Shown here: positions 26,293 to 32,000 of the stretch, one piece after another | How the letters are laid out: each line of letters starts with the position of its first letter | Position numbering within the stretch: position 1 is the first letter of the stretch | Assembly (NCBI RefSeq): GCF_016127575.1 | Contig: NZ_CP066019.1 | Location: 2,430,001-2,462,000 of the forward strand | From: Cupriavidus necator | GTDB lineage: Bacteria > Pseudomonadota > Gammaproteobacteria > Burkholderiales > Burkholderiaceae | DNA length: 32,000 bases | Direction: 5' to 3' | Translations under genes and position numbers: made by a program | Notes under the pieces: generated by a model | What the model was told of the DNA's origin: nothing | The model's input: only the letters and a program-made list of their open reading frames with translations | The model's database searches: none

Positions 26293-26389
26293 GGCGGCCT
26301 CCATACGGGTGACGCTGTCCTTCAGCGTAGTGCAGCCAGGCGCCGGCGCCCTTATTCACCAGCGGCATATGACCATGCGTAATAACTCG

Positions 26390-26418
26390 TTCGCCTATTG
26401 CCTGCCTTTCCATACAAT
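26390..26418 (+). promoter_or_regulatory. sigma70-type promoter candidate for metQ
   Basis: TTCGCC (26390-26395) is separated by a 17-nt spacer from TACAAT (26413-26418), 58 nt upstream of ATG 26476. Confidence 0.3.
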
Positions 26419-26475
26419 GAGGCGACGCCGCGGCGGGACGCTGCCGGCCTCCAACAACATAACGGGGAGCATCAG

Positions 26476-27297
26476 ATGCAATACGGGAAATTCGGCTTCG
26501 TCGCACGGCTGGCGGCAGCGGTGCTGGCACTGGGCGTGATGCAGGGTGCGGGCGCGGCCGATCCGGACAAGAAGGAAATCCGCTTCGGCGCCACCGCCGG
26601 CCCCTACGCCGACCAGATCCGCTATGGCGTGAAGCCGGTGCTGGAAAAGCGCGGCTACAAGGTCACCATCATTGAGTTCAGCGACTACGTGCAGCCCAAC
26701 CTGGCGCTGGCCGACGGCGCCATCGACGCCAATGCGTTCCAGCACGTGGCCTACCTGAAGAAGTTCTCGGCCGACCGCAAGCTGGCGCTGACCGACGTGA
26801 TCCAGGTGCCGACCGCGCCGATCGGCATCTACAGCCGCAAGCACAAGGGCCTGGCCGAGGTGAAGCCCGGCAATACCGTGTCGCTGCCGAACGATCCCAC
26901 CAACCTGGCGCGCGCCATCGCCATCCTGCAGCAGATCGGCTGGGTCACGCTCAAGCCGGGCACCGACCCGATCCGCGCCAGCGAGCGCGACATCGACGCC
27001 AACCCGCACAAGCTCAAGCTGATCCAGCTGGAAGCCGCCCAGCTGCCGCGCTCGCTCGACGACGTGGACTATGCCTTCGTCAACGGCAACTATGCGCTGG
27101 CCTCCGGCCTGAAGCTGACCTCGGCGCTGGCGCTGGAGAAGATTCCCGACTATTACATGAACCTGGTCGCGGTGAAGACGGCGGACCTGAACAAGCCCTT
27201 CGTCAAGGACATCCGAGAGGCCTACGAGTCGGCGGAGTTCAAGGCCGTGACGCAGCAGCGCTTTGCGGGCTTCGTGCAGCCGCCGTACCAGCGCTGA
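26476..27297 (+). CDS. metQ: MetQ/NlpA family methionine ABC transporter substrate-binding protein (orphan, no metNI adjacent)
   Basis: ATG 26476 with a GGGGAG RBS. The 273-aa product has a signal peptide without a lipobox Cys and NlpA-family core motifs (FGATAGPYADQ, NAFQH, VPTAPIGIYS). Confidence 0.88.
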   Translation: MQYGKFGFVARLAAAVLALGVMQGAGAADPDKKEIRFGATAGPYADQIRYGVKPVLEKRGYKVTIIEFSDYVQPNLALADGAIDANAFQHVAYLKKFSADRKLALTDVIQVPTAPIGIYSRKHKGLAEVKPGNTVSLPNDPTNLARAIAILQQIGWVTLKPGTDPIRASERDIDANPHKLKLIQLEAAQLPRSLDDVDYAFVNGNYALASGLKLTSALALEKIPDYYMNLVAVKTADLNKPFVKDIREAYESAEFKAVTQQRFAGFVQPPYQR

Positions 27298-27315
27298 GCC
27301 ACCGCGCTCTCGCCA

Positions 27316-27349
27316 GCAAGAAAGCGCCGCCAGGCGCTTTCTTGCATTT
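27316..27349 (+). terminator. rho-independent terminator downstream of metQ
   Basis: GCAAGAAAGCGCC (27316-27328) pairs perfectly with GGCGCTTTCTTGC (27333-27345), giving a 13-bp stem and a 4-nt loop, followed by ATTT. Confidence 0.75.
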
Positions 27350-27552
27350 GGGACAGCTGTCGCGCGCATTGTGCGCAGCAAGACAATTTTGCGCCGCGCG
27401 CGCCGCGCAAATGCCCTACACTCAAGCTCAAGTCCCCCGCGCCCAAAAAGCACGGCAGGGATCACAACGCGATCATTGCTGCGGATAGCTGCGAAGATCC
27501 TCGCGGCCGTCCCAGCGGATCCTGTCGAGACAACCGCATCGAGAGACCTGCC

Positions 27553-28638
27553 ATGTCCACGGTTGCGCGCTTTGAGATCGGCTACACCCGCTACCTTGCC
27601 CCGCCGGGCGACACCTCCTCCCCCACTTCTCCTCCCCCACCCCTTGCCAGCAACCCCGACGCGCTGCTGCCGCTGTACCAGGCGATGGTGCTGACGCGCC
27701 AGTTCGACCTGAAAGCGATTGCGCTGCAGCGCACCGGCAAGATCGGCACCTTTGCCTCGGCCCTCGGCCAGGAAGCCATCGGCGTGGGCGTGGCCTTTGC
27801 GATGCGGCCCGAAGACGTGCTGGTGCCCTCGTACCGCGACCACGCGGCGCAGTTTGTGCGGGGCGTCACGATGGCCGAGAGCCTGCTCTACTGGGGCGGC
27901 GACGAACGCGGCAGCGGCTTTGCGGCGGCGCCGCATGACTTTGCCAACTGCGTGCCGATCGGCACCCAGGTCTGCCACGCGGCCGGCGCCGCCTATGCGT
28001 TCCAGCTGCGCGGCGAGCCGCGCGTGGCGGTCTGCCTGCTGGGCGACGGCGGCACCTCCAAGGGCGATTTCTATGAGGGCATGAACATGGCCGGCGCGTG
28101 GCACGCGCCGCTGGTGATCGTGATCAACAACAACCAGTGGGCAATCTCGATGCCGCGCAGCGGCCAGACCGCGGCGCAGACGCTGGCGCAGAAGGCCATT
28201 GCCGCCGGCATCCCCGGTGAGCAGGTCGACGGCAACGACGTGGTCGCGGTGCGGCACCGCGTCGGCGAGGCCATCGCGCGCGCGCGCGACGGCGGCGGCC
28301 CGGCGCTGATCGAGGCCATCACCTATCGCCTGGGCGACCACACCACCGCCGACGACGCCTCGCGCTACCGCGACGAGGCCAGCGTCAAGGCGCACTGGCA
28401 GGAAGAGCCGCTGCTGCGGCTGCGCACGCACCTGCTGGCGCTGCACGCGTGGGACGCGGCGCGCGAGGAAGCGCTGGTCAAGGCCTGCTCACAGCAGGTG
28501 GCGCAGGCCGTGGAGACTTACCTGGCCGTGCCGCAGCCGGACCCGGCCGCGATGTTCGACTGCCTGTACGCAACCATGCCGGCCGAATTGCAGGCGCAGC
28601 TGGAGATTGCCCGGCGCTTCCTGGCGCCGCACGGATAA
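27553..28638 (+). CDS. 2-oxoacid (pyruvate/branched-chain) dehydrogenase E1 component alpha subunit, TPP-dependent
   Basis: The 361-aa product has the TPP motif GDGGTSKGDFYEGMNMAGAWHAPLVIVINNN. The N-terminus has a Ser/Pro-rich insert. Confidence 0.9.
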   Translation: MSTVARFEIGYTRYLAPPGDTSSPTSPPPPLASNPDALLPLYQAMVLTRQFDLKAIALQRTGKIGTFASALGQEAIGVGVAFAMRPEDVLVPSYRDHAAQFVRGVTMAESLLYWGGDERGSGFAAAPHDFANCVPIGTQVCHAAGAAYAFQLRGEPRVAVCLLGDGGTSKGDFYEGMNMAGAWHAPLVIVINNNQWAISMPRSGQTAAQTLAQKAIAAGIPGEQVDGNDVVAVRHRVGEAIARARDGGGPALIEAITYRLGDHTTADDASRYRDEASVKAHWQEEPLLRLRTHLLALHAWDAAREEALVKACSQQVAQAVETYLAVPQPDPAAMFDCLYATMPAELQAQLEIARRFLAPHG

Positions 28639-28683
28639 CCAGCAAACCCTGCGCCTTCACCTGGCGACCACAGCGAGCGAACC

Positions 28684-29661
28684 ATGGCGGAAATCAATCT
28701 GGTCGAAGCAGTCAACCTGGCGCTGGCCCATGCGCTCGAGCACGATCCCGATGTGCTGCTGCTGGGCGAGGATATCGGCGTCAATGGCGGCGTGTTCCGC
28801 GCCACCGCGGGCCTGCAGGCGCGCTTTGGCGCGGCGCGCGTCATGGATACGCCGCTGGCCGAAGGCGGCATCGTCGGCGCGGCGATCGGCATGGCGGCAA
28901 TGGGGCTCAAGCCGGTGGCCGAGATCCAGTTCACCGGCTTTATCTACCCCGCGGTCGACCACATCATCAACCACGCCGCACGCATGCGGCATCGCACGCG
29001 CGGGCGCTTGTCATGTCCGATGGTGGTGCGCTCGCCGTGCGGTGCCGGCATCCATGCACCCGAGCATCATTCCGAAAGCCCGGAGGCGATGTTCGCGCAT
29101 ATGCCCGGCATCCGCGTGGTGGTGCCTTCATCGCCCGCGCGCGCGTACGGGCTGCTGCTGGCGGCCATCGCCGATCCGGACCCGGTCATCTTCCTCGAAC
29201 CCACGCGGCTGTACCGCCTGTTCCGCCAGGAAGTGGCCGACGACGGCGCCGCGCTGCCGCTGGACACCTGCTTCACGCTGCGCGAAGGCAGCGACATCAC
29301 GCTGGTGAGCTGGGGCGCGATGGTGCAGGAGACGCTCGCCGCCGCGGACGCACTGGCAGGCGAAGGCGTGACGGCCACGGTCATCGACGTGGCCACGCTC
29401 AAGCCGCTGGACATGCAGACCATCCTGGAATCGGTGACGCGCACGGGCCGCTGCGTGATCGTGCACGAGGCCCCGCGCACCGCCGGCTTCGGCGCCGAGA
29501 TCGCGGCGCAGCTGGCCGACGCGGGCCTCTACTCACTGGCCGCGCCGGTGCAGCGCGTGACCGGCTTCGACACCGTGGTGCCGCTGGCGCGGCTGGAATA
29601 CACCTACCTGCCTGGCGTCGCCCGCATCGTCGACGCGGCGCGCAAGGCGATGGCAGCGTAA
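28684..29661 (+). CDS. 2-oxoacid dehydrogenase E1 component beta subunit
   Basis: The 325-aa product starts MAEINLVEAVNLALAHALEHDPDVLLLGEDIG. It has a transketolase-like pyrimidine-binding domain and a C-terminal domain. Confidence 0.92.
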   Translation: MAEINLVEAVNLALAHALEHDPDVLLLGEDIGVNGGVFRATAGLQARFGAARVMDTPLAEGGIVGAAIGMAAMGLKPVAEIQFTGFIYPAVDHIINHAARMRHRTRGRLSCPMVVRSPCGAGIHAPEHHSESPEAMFAHMPGIRVVVPSSPARAYGLLLAAIADPDPVIFLEPTRLYRLFRQEVADDGAALPLDTCFTLREGSDITLVSWGAMVQETLAAADALAGEGVTATVIDVATLKPLDMQTILESVTRTGRCVIVHEAPRTAGFGAEIAAQLADAGLYSLAAPVQRVTGFDTVVPLARLEYTYLPGVARIVDAARKAMAA

Positions 29662-29695
29662 TGCGAGAGTTGCCGACGATAGGCAAGGAGTGCCG

Positions 29696-30814
29696 ATGAG
29701 AATCTTCAAGCTGCCCGACCTGGGCGAAGGCCTGCAGGAGGCCGAGATCGTGACCTGGCACGTCAAGACCGGCGACACCGTGGCCGCTGACCAGCCGCTG
29801 CTGTCGGTGGAGACGGCCAAGGCCATCGTGGAAATCCCGTCGCCCTATGCAGGCACCATCGCCAAGCTGTTTGCGCAGCCCGGCGATATCGTCCACCTGG
29901 GCGCGCCGCTGGTCGGCGTCGAGGGTGCGGGCGAGGATGCCGACGCCGGCACCGTGGTGGGCTCGGTCCAGGTCGGCACGCACGTGGTCAATGAAGCCGC
30001 GCCCGCGGGCTCCGCGGCACCCGCCGCGGCCATGGCCGCCCGCGTCAAGGCCACGCCGGCGGTGCGCGCGCTGGCGCGCCGGCTCGGGGTGGACCTGGCA
30101 ATGGCCACGGCATCGGGCCCCGAGGGCGTCGTCACCGCCGCCGACGTGGAGCGGGTAGCCAGCACGCTGGCCGAACTGGGCACGCCGGAACAGCTGCGCG
30201 GCGTGCGCCGGGCGATGGCGCAGAACATGGCGCGTGCACAAGCCGAAGTGGCCGCCGCCACCGTGATGGACGACGCCGACATCCACGCCTGGCAGCCCGG
30301 CGCCGATGTCACCATCCGGCTGGTGCGCGCCCTGGTGGCCGGCTGCCGCGCCGAACCCGGCCTCAATGCCTGGTACGAAGGCCAGACCGCCCGCCGCCAC
30401 GTACTGAAGAAGATCGACGTCGGCATCGCGGCCGACCTGCCCGAAGGCCTGTTCGTGCCGGTGCTGCGCGACGTCGGCAACCGCGATGCCGCAGACCTGC
30501 GCCACGGCCTGGACCGCATGCGCGCCGACATCCGCGCGCGCACCATCGCGCCGGAGGAGATGCGCGGCAACACCATCACGCTGTCCAACTTCGGCATGAT
30601 CGCGGGGCGCTATGCCGCGCCAATCGTGGTGCCGCCGACCGTGGCAATCCTGGGTGCGGGGCGCGTGCGCGAGGAAGTGGTAGCAGCCGGCGGCGTGCCG
30701 GCGGTGCACCGGGTGATGCCGCTGAGCCTGACCTTTGACCATCGCGTGGTGACGGGTGGGGAGGCGGCGCGGTTTCTGGCGGCGGTGATTGCGGATCTGG
30801 AGATGGCGGTGTAG
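29696..30814 (+). CDS. dihydrolipoamide acyltransferase E2 component (single lipoyl domain)
   Basis: ATG 29696 lies 5 nt after AAGGAG (29685-29690). The lipoyl-lysine context SVETAKAIVEIPSP, a peripheral subunit-binding domain (ATPAVRALARRLGVDL) and a catalytic domain ending FDHRVVTGGEAARF are present. Confidence 0.9.
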   Translation: MRIFKLPDLGEGLQEAEIVTWHVKTGDTVAADQPLLSVETAKAIVEIPSPYAGTIAKLFAQPGDIVHLGAPLVGVEGAGEDADAGTVVGSVQVGTHVVNEAAPAGSAAPAAAMAARVKATPAVRALARRLGVDLAMATASGPEGVVTAADVERVASTLAELGTPEQLRGVRRAMAQNMARAQAEVAAATVMDDADIHAWQPGADVTIRLVRALVAGCRAEPGLNAWYEGQTARRHVLKKIDVGIAADLPEGLFVPVLRDVGNRDAADLRHGLDRMRADIRARTIAPEEMRGNTITLSNFGMIAGRYAAPIVVPPTVAILGAGRVREEVVAAGGVPAVHRVMPLSLTFDHRVVTGGEAARFLAAVIADLEMAV

Positions 30815-30879
30815 CGGTCGAAGACAACAGGGAGCCGACGAGCAAATAGCCTCGGAGAATACTGCCGCCCCTCGTGTAC

Positions 30880-30916
30880 GCTCCCCTCTCCCGCAAGCGG
30901 AAGAGGGGAGCAAACC
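30880..30916. repeat. REP-like extragenic palindrome, copy B (inverted relative to copy A)
   Basis: GCTCCCCTCTCCCGCAAGCGGAAGAGGGGAGCAAACC forms a 14-bp stem with one mismatch (30881-30894 with 30897-30910). It belongs to the same family as 24620..24667. Confidence 0.8.
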
Positions 30917-30998
30917 GCCGGTGTGCTGGCACCGATCGGGAATCGGGCGCTGCGGTGGCCCTGTATATAATGCGTTTCCGATCGCCGCTGCCGTCAAG

Positions 30999-31022
30999 CC
31001 GGACCTATCCGGACAGCCGGAC
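30999..31022. promoter_or_regulatory. three direct CCGGAC repeats immediately upstream of the RHH gene
   Basis: CCGGAC occurs at 30999-31004, 31009-31014 and 31017-31022, ending 7 nt before ATG 31030. An ATCGGG x2 repeat lies at 30935-30947 and a TATAAT at 30966-30971. Confidence 0.3.
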
Positions 31023-31029
31023 CCCCCTC

Positions 31030-31224
31030 ATGGAATCCAAGACCGCCCGCCTTACCATCCTGATCGATCCGGTCAAGAAAAAGGCCTTTGAAACCCTGTG
31101 CGCCTCACAGGACCTGACACCGTCGCAGGTCGTGCGCCAGCTGATCCGCGAATACCTGGCCCAGCATGGCGTGGAATACGCCACCAAGCCCAAGCCTGCG
31201 GGCAGCACCCGGCAGAAGAAGTGA
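31030..31224 (+). CDS. ribbon-helix-helix (CopG/Arc/MetJ-like) small DNA-binding protein, 64 aa
   Basis: MESKTARLTILIDPVKKKAFETLCASQDLTPSQVVRQLIREYL fits a beta-strand, helix, helix RHH pattern. There is no obvious Shine-Dalgarno sequence. An alternative upstream ATG at 30970 is less likely. Confidence 0.7.
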   Translation: MESKTARLTILIDPVKKKAFETLCASQDLTPSQVVRQLIREYLAQHGVEYATKPKPAGSTRQKK

Positions 31225-31225
31225 C

Positions 31226-32000
31226 TCAGCGCGGGGCGTCGCCCTCGCCTGCATCTTCGCTTGCCAGCTCGCCGCAGCGCTGCACCACCTGCGCCAGCGA
31301 ATCCACGTAGTTGCCCTCCCCCAGCGCCGCCAGCACGCCTGCGCGCGCCAGCTTTTCCCTGACCCGCTCGTTGGCTTCGGCCAGCACCACCGGCACGCCG
31401 CGCTTCTGCAGCGTCACGATCACGGCCTCCAGCGTCTGCAGTCCGGTCATGTCCATGAAGGGCACGCGGCCCAGGCGGATCAGCAGCACGCGCGGCTCGG
31501 TATGGGTCTGCACCAGTGCGCGCTCGCACGCTTCCACGGCACCGAAGAAGAACGGTCCGTCGATGGCATAGACCAGCACGCCCGGCGGCATCCGCGCGGG
31601 CAGGCCGGCGCCGGTATCGCCCAGTTCGCGCTCTACGTCCACGACATCCTGGCGCGCCACCTCCACTGACGCCGACATGCGCCGCAGGAACTGCAGCATG
31701 GCCAGGATCACCCCGATATTGACCGCCACCACCAGGTCGGTCAGCACGGTCAGGGTGAAGGTGATCAGCAGGATGGCCACGTCGGCGCGCGGCGCGCGGC
31801 GGACCATGCGCGCGAACTGGCGCCCCTCGCTCATGTTGTAGGCCACCACGAACAGGATCGCGGCCAGCGTCGCCAGCGGCACACTGGCCGCGAGCGGCGC
31901 CAGGAACAGCAGCACCATTACCAGCGTGAGCGCATGCACCACGCCGGCCAGCGGGCTGTTGCCGCCATTGCGGATATTGGTGGCGGTGCGGGCGATGGCG
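31226..32000 (-). CDS. SulP family anion permease with C-terminal STAS domain, 5-prime part outside the window
   Basis: The frame is open to the window edge. The translation (TATNIRNGGNSPLAGVVHALTLV...) gives the last SulP TM segments, then a STAS domain (VLVYAIDGPFFFGAVE...RLGRVPFMDMTGLQTLE). The stop lies 1 nt from the RHH stop (convergent). Confidence 0.9.
   Translation of the reverse strand, partial: AIARTATNIRNGGNSPLAGVVHALTLVMVLLFLAPLAASVPLATLAAILFVVAYNMSEGRQFARMVRRAPRADVAILLITFTLTVLTDLVVAVNIGVILAMLQFLRRMSASVEVARQDVVDVERELGDTGAGLPARMPPGVLVYAIDGPFFFGAVEACERALVQTHTEPRVLLIRLGRVPFMDMTGLQTLEAVIVTLQKRGVPVVLAEANERVREKLARAGVLAALGEGNYVDSLAQVVQRCGELASEDAGEGDAPR

Noticed and set aside
1-32000. 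A search by eye for CRISPR arrays, tRNA/rRNA genes, IS elements, integrases, phage genes, toxin-antitoxin pairs or known defence-system domains.
   Set aside because: None was found. There are no repeat-spacer periodicity, no tRNA-like T-arm (GGTTCGAATCC-type) sequences outside coding context, and no transposase, recombinase or nuclease signatures in any substantial ORF.

Overview
High-GC (about 66-68%) bacterial chromosomal segment. Gene content and two REP-like palindromes suggest Burkholderiaceae (Cupriavidus/Ralstonia-like); this is inference only. Coding density is high, and many long antisense shadow ORFs are typical high-GC artefacts. I support about 33 genes, in window order. (1) The end of a hopanoid cluster: squalene-synthase-like gene, shc, hpnG-like. 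(2) A YegD-like Hsp70. (3) A family III CoA-transferase overlapping a citryl-CoA-lyase-like gene. (4) A membrane GGEEF diguanylate cyclase. (5) An IclR regulator. (6) A lower-GC 1.2 kb stretch with an 88-aa orphan ORF and a LysR HTH-only gene. (7) A SAM methyltransferase. (8) An organosulfur block of about 16 kb. It holds sorAB sulfite dehydrogenase, a TauD-family dioxygenase with a TauABC-like transporter, and a divergent Ssu-like ABC operon followed by an AtsK/TauD-like dioxygenase, an NtaA/DszA-family flavin monooxygenase and metY, then a YbhN-like membrane protein, a small tail-anchored protein and an orphan metQ. (9) A 2-oxoacid dehydrogenase E1alpha-E1beta-E2 cluster without E3. (10) A small ribbon-helix-helix gene. 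(11) The 3-prime part of a SulP/STAS permease. I found no rRNA, tRNA, CRISPR, transposase, integrase, phage or recognisable defence genes, and no convincing novel multi-gene system; this looks like ordinary metabolic chromosome. The observations most worth a second look are: two independent single-base indels (both at CCC runs) that break the substrate-binding protein and the ATPase of one ABC operon while downstream enzymes stay intact; strong Met/Cys depletion of the sulfur-scavenging proteins; short AT-rich motifs shared by three sulfur-operon promoter regions; a terminator-like hairpin plus U-run in the leader of the yegD-like gene; an inverted pair of REP-like palindromes; and a truncated LysR in a low-GC islet.
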